From positions 37,574,001-37,638,000 of the forward strand of contig NC_086097.1 of assembly GCF_963921235.1 (NCBI RefSeq): a DNA stretch of 64,000 bases, given 5' to 3'. The notes under the pieces were generated by a model that saw only the letters and a program-made list of their open reading frames with translations, was not told where the DNA came from and searched no databases. Numbering within the stretch: the stretch's first letter is position 1; every line of letters starts with the position of its first letter. Below, piece by piece: positions 23,265-36,975 of the stretch. The translations under genes were made by a program, and so were the position numbers. This stretch comes from Mobula hypostoma. Taxonomy: Eukaryota.

Positions 23265-26036
23265 TAATCAGAGACTATTAAAATGTTTTGGTAATTAAAA
23301 AGAGAGAAAATAGTTTAAAATAAAAGTAATTAATTGATGAGAAATAATTAAAATGCAAGAAATTAAATAAAAATTATATAACCCACATCTCCATGCCAGG
23401 AATCTCAATTTATATGAATGGGCACTTTGATTCCATACGTGGTGTGATGAGAGTAGGATCAGAAAGATATTATTTCTTCGCATACTGCCAGTACTACTTA
23501 GTTCATTATTTCTACAAATTGCAACATATCTACAGATGTATCCAGCTAGAATATTCAGCTTTAGTGCCATAGTTCCATCCACCCCCTCTATAATGTGAAT
23601 GCAGGTGACACACAATGCTGATAAGACCACCTTGAATGGTTTTGTAAACTGGTGTTAACCTGTAGTACCAATTTTCCAAGTAAATACCTAAGGTACAATT
23701 TGTTCAAGAGGCATGGTTGTTTTCATTGTATTTCCTAAGAAACTTGCTGATAATCTAAGAGTTTACTCTGCAAAGCTATGGAGAATGTGTGGCATAAATT
23801 GATTAAGCCATAGTGAAATAAACAGGCAAAGAGTATTAACAAGTTAAGGGATTGAAAGTTGAAATATCAGCAAAGCAGTAATTAGTCATACCAGGAGTTA
23901 GAGAGGTTGCCAACAAGACATGTGTCCTTGTTCATATATGATTTTATTCTTCCTTGGCCTTCTAGTAACGTCCATATATTCCAATTACACTGCCATATAA
24001 ATCAATTGATGGAAACTCACTAAATTGAAACATTGCTTCTACATAGGTTTGAGTTTTAAAAAGTGAGAGGGGCCTGTTGGGACGTCTTCAATCATTAGTA
24101 ACTTAGCAAAGGCCAATAAAAAGAAGCAAGTTTTAAGCAGAGTGGCCACTGTGTGAGTGGTCCAGGGTTAGGGTGGTTAGACTTTGGCTCAACAGGCAGG
24201 AGTAGGCAAAGGCTAAGGGTGCTCAGTAATTTGGAGTCACTTATTTGATTGTGGAACTTAAAGCTTGAGAAGTATATTTGTAAGCACATTTTTGAAAATA
24301 TAGAGGATACAGATGTTAACACAACTTTTCAAATGAAATATCTGATGGTCATAGTATTGGAGACAGCCCATGGAATCTACCTGAACCTCTGGGGGATTAT
24401 TAATGCAATCAGTCTAAAGGCATGAGGTAGCCATGATAGAGGCATGAAATATGGAAAGAAACAGGTTGGTGCCTTGAAAGAACTCTAGTGTTAGAAAGAG
24501 TTCTTTATAATTTGTATGAACAGCTGGCTCCCAAAACAGATTGTGTAAATACACTTGTAGTCATTGGCTAGCAGCCTTAACATTGCCACTTCCATCCCAC
24601 TTTAACATCAAATGACATGCAGCAGTTGTCAGTCACTTAGCAACAAGTTTCCTATTCCCTGCTGTGCTCTTTAATTGAACAATTCTGTTCAGGACATGGA
24701 GTTGTTCTCCTGACAAAGCGCATTATGTAGCAGACCAAAGAATACCAAACTTCACTGTGTACACCATTCTGGTCCCCATTGACCACTGGTCTTTTCTACA
24801 AATGAACAAAAGGTGGTAGTACAATGTTCTGAAAAGAGGGTAGCCCGCACAGAGAAAACATTCGCTTCTAATTGTGATTGACTAAATAATGAAAATTATG
24901 TTCTTTTTAAAATTTTGCTTGTTAAGTCCATACTTTGTGTCACCTGGTAATCGGAAAAAATTCCCGCTGGGATAAGGACAAACACTGAATGTACTTAAAC
25001 CTCTGTTTCTCCTTATTCCAACAACTAAATTGACAGCCCTGAATACAGAAGTCTTCAGGACAAGGGACACATAGTAATCTTCAATTGTCTAATTTGTTCA
25101 GGCTATCTTTAAAGGATGTATTTGTTACCTTTTGACCTTTCATTGGTTTTCCGTTGTCATTCACTTCTCATATCCGTTATATAGAAATAACGCTTACTAT
25201 TCACTAAAAGAGAAAACAACAGAAATCCTTAAACACTAGTTAGGAAAACCATTTTGTAGGCTGTCAATATTATGGTAAACTTTTATTTTCAACTGAATTT
25301 GATCTATTACATGGATTTTGTAATTTTAATGAAAATATAAATAACAACATAAAACAAAGGCACAAAAGTTTTATGTAAGTATACATAGGAAACTAATGGA
25401 TAAAAATACATTTAACATGAAGATAAATCTTTATTTACATAACGCAGTGTGCTTTATTATGGTGCTCCCTGTGGTTTTCCCCGGGTGCTCAAGTTTCCAA
25501 AGATATACTGTGTAGGTTAATTGGTCATTGTAAATTGTCCCATGATTAGGTGACATGGAAAGGATGAGAGAAGGAAGAACAGAGGTGAGATTAAGATTCC
25601 ACCTTCAATAGTGGGGCAGTAGACCCTGAATATGCAGGAGACAAGAACTGGAAGATTGCAGTTTGCAGGGAATTAGTACTAAAATAAGACATGGAGAGGG
25701 AATGAGACAAGTGATGAAGGGATCTGAAATTCTCCATGTGTTTTGACCCTTCTCAATGGAATTAAGTAAGTAATATAATCTATACAGCTTTAGCTTTTCA
25801 AGTATAAGATGATGTTCAGAAAGCACTTCAGTAAATTCCTTGCTTAAGAAGAAATTATGACAATTTGACACATAGATTTGCAAAGTACATGGTAGAATCG
25901 AAAGCTATAAATAATATCTAAAGCACAACAGTACATAAGTTATTTACTTTTATCCACAGTAATATGAACACATTTTTTTCTCTAATATCACCTCACAGAA
26001 TTCAAAATCTCAGTGGCATATTAATGAAATTCTACG

Positions 26037-26200
26037 AGGGCTGCACAGTAGCACAGCGGCTAGTGTAACACTTTATAGTGCCAGCGATTAGGGTTCAATT
26101 CTTGCTACTGTCTGTAGGGAGTTTGCACATTCTCCTCTGAGTGCTTTGGTTTCCTCCCACATTCCAAAGACGTACAAGTTAATTAAGGTTAATAACTGAT
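26037..26200 (+). mobile_element. HE1/V-SINE-like tRNA-derived SINE; related copies near 3010-3170, 12690-12810, 25470-25555, 34050-34305, 44725-45045, 48700-48970(-), 49500-49715(-)
   Basis: GCACAGTAGCACAGCGGCTAG..GGGTTCAATTC head followed by GGAGTTTGCACATTCTCC..GGTTTCCTCCCACATTCCAAAGACGT, recurring across the window. Confidence 0.7.
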
Positions 26201-26221
26201 CAGCAACTTTAAATTCCTTTG

Positions 26222-28099
26222 TGATAGGAGGTTCTGTGGACGTGACAGAGAATCCAGGATGGTTTGTTCCCTCCCGGGTGCCAGGGTCAAGGATGTCTCT
26301 GATCGCTTGCATGACATTCTGAAGTGGGAGGGTGATCAGCCAGATGTCGTGGTGCACATCGGTACCAATGACATAGCAAGGAAGAGTGAGGAGGTCCTGG
26401 AGAGTGAGTATAGAGAGCTTGGTAGGAAGTTGAAAAACAGGACCTCAAGGATGGTAATCTCAGGATTGCTACCTGTGCTAGGTGCCAGTGAGGGTAGGAA
26501 TAGGATGCTCTGGAGGATGAACAAGTGGCTGAGGAACTGGTGTTGGGGGCAGGGTTTCAGATTTCAGGATCATTGGGACCTCTTCTGGGGCAAGTGGGAC
26601 CTGTACAAGAGAGACGGGTTACACTTGAACTACAGGGGGACCAATATCCTTTCAGGGAGGTTTGTTAGTGCTGTTGGGGAGGCTTTAAACTAGATTTGCA
26701 GGGGGATGGGAACCAGAGTGCCAGAGCTGACAGTGTGGCTGGGGTGAAAATAAATGTTGAAAGTTCAAGCAAATCCACTGATAGAAAGGTTGTGAGTGGT
26801 GGTAAAAATCTTCTGAGGTGTATATATTTCAATGCTAGGAGTATTGCGGGGATGGCGGATGAGTTGAGGGCGTGGATTGACACGTGGAATTATGATGTTA
26901 TAGCAATTCGTGAAACTTGGCTACAGGAGGGGCAGGACTGACAGCTTAATATTCCAGGGTTCCGATGTTTCAGATGTGATCAAGGCAGAGGAATGAAAGG
27001 TGGGGGAGTAGCATTGCTTGTTAGGGAAAATATTACAGCAGTGCTCAGGCAGGACAGATTAGAGGGCTTGTCTACTGAGTCCTTATGGCTGGAGCTGAGG
27101 AACAGGAAAATTATGGCCACATTATTGAGATTGTATTACAGACCACCCAATAGTCAACAAGACTTGGAAGAGCAAATCTGCAGAGAGATAGCAGGCAGCT
27201 GCAGGAAACATAAAGTTGTGGTGGTAGGGGATTTTAATTTTCCATACATTGATTGGGACTCCCATACTGTTAGGGGTCTAGATGGTTTAGAGTTTGTAAA
27301 ATGTGTTCAGGAAAGTTTTCTAAATCAACATATAGAGGGACCAACTAGAGGGGATGCAATATTGGATCTCCTGTTAGGAAACGAGTTAGGACAAGTGACG
27401 GAAGTGTGTGTAGGGGAGCACTTTGGTTCCAGTGATCATAACACCATTAGTTTCAATTTGATCATGGACAAGGATAGATCTGGTCCTAGGGTTGATTTTC
27501 TGAACTGGAAGAAGGCCAAATTTGAAGAAATGAGAAAGGATCTAAAAAGCGTGGATTGGGACAGGTTGTTCTCTGGCAAAGATGTGATTGGTAGGTGGGA
27601 AGCCTTCAAAGGGGAAATATTGAGAGTGCTGAGTTTGTATGTTCCTGTCAGGATTAAAGGCAAATTGAATAGGAATAAGGAACCTTGGTTCTCAAGGGAT
27701 ATTGCAACTCTGATAAAGAAGAAGAGGGAGTTGTATGAAATGTATAGGAAACAGGGAGTAAATCAGGTGCTTGAGGAGTATAAGAAGTGCAGGAAAATAC
27801 TTAAGAAAGTAATCAGGAGGGCTAAAAGAAGACATGAGGTTGCCTTGGCAGTCAAAGTGAAGGATAATCCAAAGAGCTTTTACAGGTATATTAAGAGCAA
27901 AAGGATTGTAAGGGATAAAATTGGTCCTCTTGAAGATCAGAGTGGTTGGCTATGTGCGGAACCAAAGGAAATGGGGGAGATCTTAAATAGGTTTTTTGCG
28001 TCTGTATTTACTAAGGAAATTGGCATGAAGTCTATGGAATTGAGGGAATTAAGCAGTGAGATCATGGAAACTGTACAGATTGAAAAGGAGGAGGTGCTG
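26222..28099 (+). mobile_element. CR1 LINE 5' portion: ORF1 SGNH esterase plus ORF2 APE endonuclease, RT and 3' end missing
   Basis: ORF 26259-26693 (SLPGA, VVVHIGTND, DGLHLN). ORFs 26696-26941 and 26993 onward (CIYFNARSI, AIRETWL, GGGVALLV, YRPPN, VGDFN, LDLLL, SDH) are separated by one TGA. Confidence 0.95.
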
Positions 28100-30458
28100 A
28101 ACAAATTCTGTTACTATTGTGGCAGGGGCTCACATACACGAGACCAATGCAAGTTTAAAGGCAGAAATTACAACAAAGAAGGACACATTAAAAGAGCAAA
28201 TATAAATGGGCTACATGGGGAAAAGAAAAAGATAAAAATCAGGTGGAAGTTTCAAAAAGAGCACTAATCTGGCCTGCTGTTGATGAAAAACCTGATAGTG
28301 ATGAGAGTGGCACTGGGCTGAGTAGCCTTGAGCTATACGATATGAAAACTAACATAAGATCAGCAATATGGCTTATGCCAGAAGTGAACGGCAAATCAAT
28401 TAAAATGGAATTGGACGCTGGCGCGGCTGTTTCAGTCATTCCACAAAATGAGTTGGAACAGCAATTCAAAGATACTGAACTGAAGTCTGCAGATATCCAA
28501 ACTAAGAACATATACTGAAGAAAAGATAATGCCTGTGGGAATGACTTTCATAACAGTGAAATACAACAACTAACAAGCCGCTTTGGGGTTATATGTGGTA
28601 AGAACATTGTGGGGCCATGACTGGCTGAGACAACTACAACTACAACTACAACCTCATTGGAGATCCATCCACCATTTCTGGTCAAGATAGCGCCTCCTTC
28701 TGGATAGAACACAAAACAATTTATTTCACTTCTTTTGCATCTGTGTTTCATCTTAAATATGTTTCTGAAACTTACAGTTTGGTGGTCAATTGAGTGATCC
28801 AGCATTTTGCTGTCTCTGAGAAGATTCTGGACTCCAAGCTTGAACACTTGAGGCCTCAAGGCAAAGAAACTTCAAGATGGAATGCAAGCCAATGATCGAC
28901 TCCATTTAGCTGATTAAAGCTTCCAGTATTTTCTGATTAAAGCAATGAGGAAGATTGAAACATCAATGTGAATGCGTGAATGCAGAAGGTGAGCGAGTGT
29001 TCATTGGCAACTACCTGCCTTTTTGATTCCTCTGCTGCTGGAGGAGCCTGTGTGGCCTATCACTGTGCCTGGAGGGTAGGCAACTGCGCTTGAACCAGGT
29101 CTCTCTCTTTACATGATGTTGGAGGATGTTCCCAAGCTTCCGTGTTTATGGATTGTGACTATGGACTCTTTCAGTCTTATGGTTTTCATATTTTGTGTTG
29201 TCACCCATTCTTTCTTGTTTTTTTTGTGCAGGGGAAGGACCCAGTGTTCTTTTTGTGCTTTGTTAGTTTTTCTTGTGCGGGGTAGGGGGATTTAGGGGTC
29301 AATATTCTTATTGTGTTTTTGTGCAGGAATGGGGTTTGGGGGCTGATGTTCTTATTGCAGTTTTGTTCATTTTTTTGTGTAGGGAAGGGGGATTTGGGGG
29401 CTGATGGTCATGTTTCTGTACTTTTTTTGTGCAGGGGTGGGGTTGCTATTTTTCTTTGAATTTACTTCAAAGGTTTTCTATGTTTCATGGCTATCTGAAG
29501 AAGAATAACCTCTGAGTTGTATATTGCACACATATTTTAATAATAAATGAACCTTTGAACCTTGAATCATTTGCATGCCACATCCCCTGCAAAAGAAACA
29601 ACTGGAAGCAAATTAAGAAAGGTACTGGATGATGTCACAGTCGTGTTCAAGGGTGGTATTGGAAAACTCAAACATATCAAGGATAAAATAGTGTTAAATG
29701 AAAATGCTGCTCCCAAGTTTTGCAAAGCCCATCTGTTTCCTTATACCATCCATGATAAAACAGCCAGTGAGGCTGGACCATATAGAAGCTAGAGGGATTA
29801 TTTCCAAGTTTGAGTGGAGCCCATGGGCAACACCTGTGGTCCCAGTAGCCACGAAGAATGGGTCTGATTTTAAGGTCACCATCAACCCAGTACTGAAAAC
29901 AGATCAATGCCTGCTGCCCAGAATAGAGGACATCTTTGCAAACCTTTCTGGAGGAAAACACTTCAGCAAAATGGACTTAGCTGTGGTCTACCTACAGATG
30001 GAGATGGAAAAAGAGTCCAAAATGTTTCTTACCATAAAAGCTCCAAAAAGCCTTTATCACTACAATATGCTTATTTTTGGAGTAGTATCTGCCTCTGCAC
30101 TCTGGCAGAAAACTATGGACCAGGTGCTGCAAGGTCAAGACAGTGTTTAAAAAGATTGAAGACTACTATGTTGTGGATGTCTACACAGTAATTGTATTAT
30201 ATAGTATACTGTGTATATAGTTGAGGTGCATTCTATAGAGTTGGAGTAATATTTGAGCAATATTGTACATTGTTTGATTAAGCATTCTTTGTTGTCTACA
30301 TAAATCATTAGGGGTTCTATGTAAAAGTACATGAATGGCATACGTCATTATGCCACCATATCATGGGTGCATGCCTCACTAAATCAAAATGTACACGAGA
30401 GATCTCGGGGGTCCTGTGTTTTACTTTCGATTAATTTCTGGAGTTACAAAAGATAACA
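28100..30458 (+). mobile_element. Degenerate Gypsy LTR retrotransposon: gag zinc knuckle, protease, RT start, probable 3' LTR remnant
   Basis: CYYCGRGSHTRDQC knuckle; VNGKSIKMELDAGAAVSVIP protease (DTG to DAG); GIISKFEWSPWATPVVPV..LPRIEDIFANLSGGKHFSKMDL RT; non-coding tail ending GATAACA at about 30458. Confidence 0.88.
28678..29567 (+). mobile_element. Non-autonomous retroposon inserted in Gypsy pol
   Basis: Starts CTGGTCAAGATAGCGCC and ends AATAAATGAACCTTTGAACCTTGAAT; CATTT duplicated at 28673-28677 and 29568-29572. Confidence 0.8.
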
Positions 30459-30459
30459 G

Positions 30460-31090
30460 TCAGGAATGCAAGCACAATGTTAGCATTCATTCTGAGAAGA
30501 CCAGAATACAAAAGCAAGGCTGTAACACTGAGGCTTTATAAAGCATTGGTCTATAGTGGGAGTATTGCGAGCAGTTTTGGGCCCCTTATCTAAGAAAAGA
30601 TGTTCACAAGAATGATTCCAGGAATGAAAGGGTTAACAATACGAAGAACATTTAGCTCTGAGCCTATATTCACTGGAGATGAATTTTTTCTGAGGGGGGT
30701 GCAGATCGCATTGAAACCTATCAAATATTGAAAGGCCTAGATAGAGTGGATGTGGGGAGAATGTTTGCTATAGTGGATGAGTCTAGGATGAAAGGGCACA
30801 GCCCCAAAATCGAGAGACATCCACCTAGAACAGAGATAAGGAAATTTTTTTCTTTAACAAGACGGTGGTGAATCTATAGAATTCATTGCCACAGATGATG
30901 TGTAGGCCAAGTCATGGGTATATTTAAGACAGAGATTGATAGGTTCTTGATCAATCAGGGCATCAAAGATTATAGGGAGAAGGCAGGAGAATGAGGTTCA
31001 GAGGGATAATAACTTAGCCATGATGCAATGGTGGAGTAGATTGGATGGGCCAAAATATGTGATTCTGCTCCTTTATTGTATGGTCTTATA
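30460..31090 (+). mobile_element. Older CR1 3' fragment
   Basis: Similar to 9950-10590 (CAGTTTTGGGCCCCTTATCTAAGAAA, GTGGTGAATCT, TATGGTCTTA tail). Confidence 0.75.
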
Positions 31091-31189
31091 AAAGTAGGAA
31101 ACAGAGAGATAGAAACAGGTTAAGCAAGAGGACAAAGATATAGCAAATGGGAGTTTAATGTGGAATATATGAAAATGTCTATCTTAGAA

Positions 31190-31800
31190 TACAGAACATA
31201 GAACAGTAGAGCAAAGTACAGGCCCATCAGCCCATGATCTTATGCCAACCTATATAAGCCTACTCCATGATCTATCTAGTCCCTCCCTCCTTCATATCTC
31301 CATTTTTCTTTCATACATGCGCCTACCACCAACGCTAGCAGAACATTCCAGGCTCTTACCATTCTGTGGGGAAAAAAAATTATCTCTGACATCTCCCTTA
31401 AGTGTCTTCCACTCACCATAAAATAATATTCTTTGGTAGTGGCCTTTGCCAATCTGGGGAAAAGGAGCCGGCTATCCCTTCAATCTATGCCTCTTATACT
31501 CTTACACAATACTATCAAGCCAGCTCTCATCCTCCTCCACTCCAAAGAAAAAGTCCTAGCTCATGCAACCTTGCCACATTAGAGATGTTCTCTAATCTAG
31601 GCAGCATCCTTTGCACCTTCTCTAAAGCTTCCATATCCTTCCTATAATGAGGCAAACTGAACACAATGCACCAAGTGTGGTGTAACCAGAGTTTTACAGA
31701 GCTGCAGTCTTGAACTCAATTCCCTGGCTAATGAAGGCCAATACACCATATGCTTTTTTAGACACCTTAGCAACTTTGTGGGATCTATGGATTTGGACTT
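31190..31800 (-). mobile_element. Degenerate CR1 3' fragment
   Basis: AGAACATAGAAC tail; AATGAAGGCCAATACACCATATGC resembles the reverse complement of CR1 ORF2 (KAYGVLAFI). Confidence 0.65.
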
Positions 31801-32929
31801 TTATCTTGGCAGTTGAAATGCCATATTATCTCAATGTTGAGAGAAAGCAGGACTCTGACATAGAATGGTGTGGTGTTCCAGAGCATGATTCACAATAGTG
31901 TGCATATTGTATATGACAAATAATTCAGAAAGCCTTTGGAGTGTTATTATTTCGGTTACGTGAGGTGAGTATTGTTACAGTAATAATCTCCCTGTTTAGT
32001 GAAAAATGTTATTGTGTTGGAAGCAGCTCAAAGGTTTAACAAAAGCCGGAACAGGCAGATTACCTTATGAGAAAGGGTTGAAAAGGTAAGGCAGTACTTT
32101 ACTTCTTTGCCTATTTTCTCACATAATTGAATTCTGATTTCTGAGAAGTTTTTGCTGAATCTGGAGTAATGTGTTTGGTTCCTTGTCTTCACAAAGAAGA
32201 TTGGGCAGTCTTTCATTGATTCTCATTTAGTATTATTCTATAGGTTTGTTGAATATGCTAACAAAATGCATCTGCAGGTTGTATATGATGATATATATGT
32301 ACTTTAATAATAAGATTTATTTTGAACTTTGTTCTCACATTATGTCACCTATTACAACTACAACTGGCACCTCTTGTGAGATTTGGATAGCGCTGCCTGT
32401 AGCTAACTCACTGTGTCTCTAAAGTTATACAATTTGCAGTCAGTTATAAGTGACATCAGTTTCCAGTTTATAGTTCATCATAGTATCACTTTAACAGGCA
32501 TAGTCTCTATATTTTTTTGCCGGAGCGTGATGCTTTCTATATGCTGCATGCTCTGCAGTGCTACAGTACCAGTGATGGTATTTACACAGTCTGCCATCCC
32601 TATCCTAACCTAACTTAAACCAAAGGATATACACTTCAAACAGGTGAATTGTCAGTCTAAACCAGAGAAAGGATGGCAGGTGTCTCAACTGTAAACAGAA
32701 GAAATTCTGCAGATGCTGGAAATCTTAAGCAACGCACACAAAATTTGGAGGAACTCAGCAGGTAAGGCAGCGTCTATGGAGGGAAATAAACAGCCAATGC
32801 TTCAGGCCAAGACTTTTCATCAAGACAAGTGTCACAAGCATTCTGGGACTACACCTAACCATATATTGGCCCTGCATGACAATAGATTGCCATGGAGTGC
32901 TCCTGGAAATTCTTCTTAACTGTGAACCA

Positions 32930-35020
32930 CCAGAAATATGGTCTGTATCAGCAGGAGGTAGAGAGGCTTGTCAAATGGTGCAAAAAGACAACCTGAGTCT
33001 CAATGTGGACAAGACAAGAAAGATGATTGTGGACTTCAGGAAGGCCAGGTCAACCATTCTCCATTGCTCAACAATTGCTCTGCCATGGAGAGAATGAAGA
33101 GCACAAAGTTCCTTGGTGTGTACATAACACCAATCTAACCTGGAGCCACAACACCTCCTCACTTGTCAAGAAGGCACAGCAGTGTCTACACTTTGAGGAG
33201 ACTGAGGCCTGCACCCATTCTAACAACTTTCTTTAGGTGCACCATCAAGAATGTCCTCCCTGCTGCATCATTGTGTGGTACAGAAGCTGCAAGGCACTGG
33301 ACTGCAAGACACTACGAGGATTGTTAAAACTGATCCACTACGGAGGATCACCGGAGTCTTTCTCCCCACCCCATTTGCGACACTTAACTGGGAGCATTGA
33401 GAATGAAGAGCCCAAAATATTTCTGAGGATCTCTACCAACCATCCCACAATCTCTTTGGCCAGAAGCATCAGGACCAGGACTGCCAAATTGGATAACAAC
33501 TTCTTCCCCCAGGCTGTGAAACTAATGAATATCCTGCCACCATTGAGGTCTCATCACGAGGATGGTGAGCTGTTTACTGTTTACCTGTGCTGTGCACTAC
33601 ATGCATTTTGAACTATGCTTTATTAACTTATTTATAATATTCTGTTTTATGTGCTGTGTGCACCATGGTCCGATGCAATCATGGTCCAATATTGTTCCAT
33701 TTGGATATATATATGTAGTCAAATGAAAATAAACATGAACTTGAGGACAGATTTACCATGGGGGATACCCAAGTCGTGATCACTGGATAGATTAATCAAT
33801 AGCTTGGAGATTCAGGACCTCATGTTTCAACTTGTTTCAAGTGTTTATTCATTCACATTTACAAGGTGCATTGCCACAAAAAAGCAGTATCCATAATCAG
33901 GGACACCAACCATCCAGACCACACTCTCTCACTGATGCCATTGGGAAGGAGGTACAAAAATCTTAGGTCCCACACCAGCAGGTTCAGGAACGGTTGTTAC
34001 CCAACAAACATCAGGCTCCTGAACCAGTGTAAATTACTTCACTTATATGGGGACCCAAGGTAGTGTAGTGGTTACTACGACACTAGTAGAGCTCGGGGCT
34101 TTCAGAGTTTGGAGTTCTGTATAGAGTTTGTATGTTCTCCACCTGCCCACGAGGGTTTCCTCTGGGTGCTCCAGTTTCCTTCCACAGTCCAAAGACATTC
34201 TAGTTAGTAGGTGATTGTAAATTGTCCTGTGATTAGGCTAGTGTTAAATAGGTGTGTTGCTGGACAGTGTGGCTTGTTGGGCCAGAAGGGCCTGTTCTGC
34301 ACAGAATCAGGATCAAAATCAGGTTTATTATCACCGGCAAGTATCGTGAAACTTGTTAACTTAGCAGCAGTTCAATGCAATACATAATATAGAAGAAATA
34401 AATAACTAAATAACAGTTTATGTATATTGAATAGATTAAAAATCATGCAAAAACAGAAATAATGTATATTTAAAAAACAGGGGTAGTGTTCATGGGTTCA
34501 ACGTCCTTTTAGGAATCAGATGGCAGAGGGGAAGAAGCTGTTCCTGAAACGCTGAGTGTGTACCTTTAGGCTTCTGTACCTCCTACCTGATGAGAACAAT
34601 GAGAAAAGGGAATAAATACTCTGGGTGCTGGAAGTCCTTAATGATAGACGCTGCCTTTCTGAGACACCGCTCCTTGAAGATTGTTCTGGGTACTTTTGTA
34701 GACTGGTGTCCAAGATGGAGCGACTAAATTTACGACCGTCTGCAGCTTCTTTTCGTCCTGTGCAATAGCCCCTCCATACCAGACAGTGATGCAACCTGTC
34801 AGAATGCTCTCCACGGTACATCTATAGATGTTTTTGAGTGCTTTTGTTGACATATCAAATCTCTTCAAACTTCTCATGAAGTATAGTCACTGTCTTGCCT
34901 TCTTTATAGCTGCATTGACATGTTGGGACCAGGTTAGATGCTCAGAGATCTTTACACCCAGGATCTTGAAACTACTTACTCTCTCCACTTCTGATCCCTC
35001 TATGAGGATTGGTATGTGTA
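32930..35020. mobile_element. Cluster of Rex1-like LINE fragments (+ 32930-33745, + 33860-34030, - 34305-35015) with a SINE
   Basis: NLSLNVDKTRKMIVDFRK; GRRYKNLRSHTSRFRN; VERVSSFKILGV..LTWSQH..IKKARQ; YRCTVESILTGCITVWYG; RFRNSFFPSAI. Confidence 0.85.
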
Positions 35021-36264
35021 TCTCTAAATTAAAAATAAATAAATGAATAAATAAATACTCTGAAATAACTCTATTTTCAAATACTCCACAACTCATCTTC
35101 TCAGTATTATTTATTTATTTTTAAACTTGTATAGTTTGTCTTCTACATATTGATTACTTGTCCGTCTTTGTGTGTAGTTGATTCTATTGTATTTCTTTGT
35201 TTTCCCATGAATGACTGCAAGAAAATGAATCTCAAGGTAGTATATGGTGACATACTTTGAAACTTTAATTATCATACTTTGATAACAAATTTTAACTTTG
35301 AAACAACTTGGAGCTGAATTTCTTGAATCTCAAAGCTATTGTGTCTAGTCACCTAACTTAACACCCAATGCAACTTACATTCCCTGGTGAATACATATTA
35401 GTCCTCAGTTTACCGAAGTCCTTGATATCAGTATCTGCTCACAGACAGTTAAGATGAATACTTGTGAGGGTCATTATGCAGTTGGCATCCAGTGAATTTC
35501 CAGCACACATATGCAAAATATAAGAAAAAGGATGCAGTTCTCAACAGCATGACCATTTAGCAAACACGACCCTGTGTCATCCTATCCCTCTGACCTGGCA
35601 CCTGCACACATTTCTGCTGACGATTCAACAGGTGAAAATTCCATCTCAAGCCTAAAATATTCCTGCCACAGCGTCTGAACTGGTACTTGTTGATCTTATT
35701 GATTAACTATGCTCCTTCCTTTCCTGAAATCAATCTCTGAAATAAAAAGCATAACTGCAAATAGATTAATATAAAGGGATGGTTGTGGAGGAATTAGCTG
35801 CATTAGCAATTAGTGCTGTAATTGGTTCTGCAGTGTATATTGGGTGAGAAAGAAATAAGATGGGAAAGAGAAATTTTAGATGTGAGAAAACTTTGCAAAA
35901 TAGTTCCTCCAGTTCTGTTGTCCTTTCTCGTACCTGAGATGGCTGGCACATTTTCTTCTGCAGAAGACATGTTTTATCTGTCAGTCCTATCATTTATGTC
36001 CAAGTACTCACTATTATAATGATTTAAATAGTTTGTAGTTAACAAGAAACAAGTAAACAAGACCAAAACGCATCATGTGTTTCTGCTGGCTAACATCAGC
36101 TTTTGAGATATATCCTTTCCATATCCTGAACTCTCTTCAGGATTTGAAATGGCTATGATATTTGACCAAGTCCATCATGGTAGGCTGGTCCTGAAGATTA
36201 AGTTGCAAAGGACCTAAGGCACGTTGGTGAACTGGATCCAGAATTGGTGTGGTGACGAACAGCA

Positions 36265-36975
36265 AATCAAGTCCCGTTCCCATCCTCCCACCCAATCATA
36301 CTCACAGACATGATTCCAACCCCAGAACAGGTCACCTCCTGGATTCTCAGACTTGCAGACATCAGGGCCTCCAGCTTTTGACTCTCCAATCACGGGTTTG
36401 ACATTTGGCCTTGACTACTAGACTCGTATGGACCCTGACCTCAGTGACCTAGGCCCTCATGTCTCCTCTGGGCCTTTACCTTAAGTCTTTGACCTTCAGG
36501 CTTCTACCTCTGGACTTGCTGTGCTCTGCACTTCAACCTTCGGCTTTTCCCTCTGGACTTTGCTGACATCAGGACTTGCCATTCCTTCGACTCTAGTGAC
36601 CTGGAGGATGTCACCGGCCCTCATGAGCCCTGCCTGAACCCAGTAATTGCTGCCCATATGGACTTCCATCCAGTGACCAGGACTGGCCAGGGATCGCTGG
36701 TCTTACTATGACTCAACTTCTAGGATCACTGGTCTCATTGCCTGCGACTCAATCTTCAATATCACTGACATTTGACTGAAGATTGAACCAGTCTGGTTGA
36801 AAACATTTGCCCAGACTCTTAATTTATTGCCTCTCATCACCTCCCTGCCTACAAACCCTAACTTGATCTCTAACTCCCCACACTGCACCAAAACCATCCC
36901 TACCAACCTGAAAAAAACTAAGTTTGAGCCACAACATTGGCAGACATTGTATCTTGGTGGCATTTTGACCAGAAG
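36265..36975 (-). mobile_element. Probable non-autonomous retroposon interrupting a CR1 remnant
   Basis: Reverse complement starts TTCTGGTCAAAATGCCACC, like the head at 28676-28694; CR1-like sequence on both sides (TTTGACCAAGTCCATCATGGTAGGCTG; TGGCAAATGGAATTTAATCCAG). Confidence 0.5.

Noticed and set aside
24750..24830. Possible minus exon (KRPVVNGDQNGVHSE)
   Set aside because: Two competing acceptors, weak donor GTATTC, and it creates a stop when joined to the 38.5-kb candidate.
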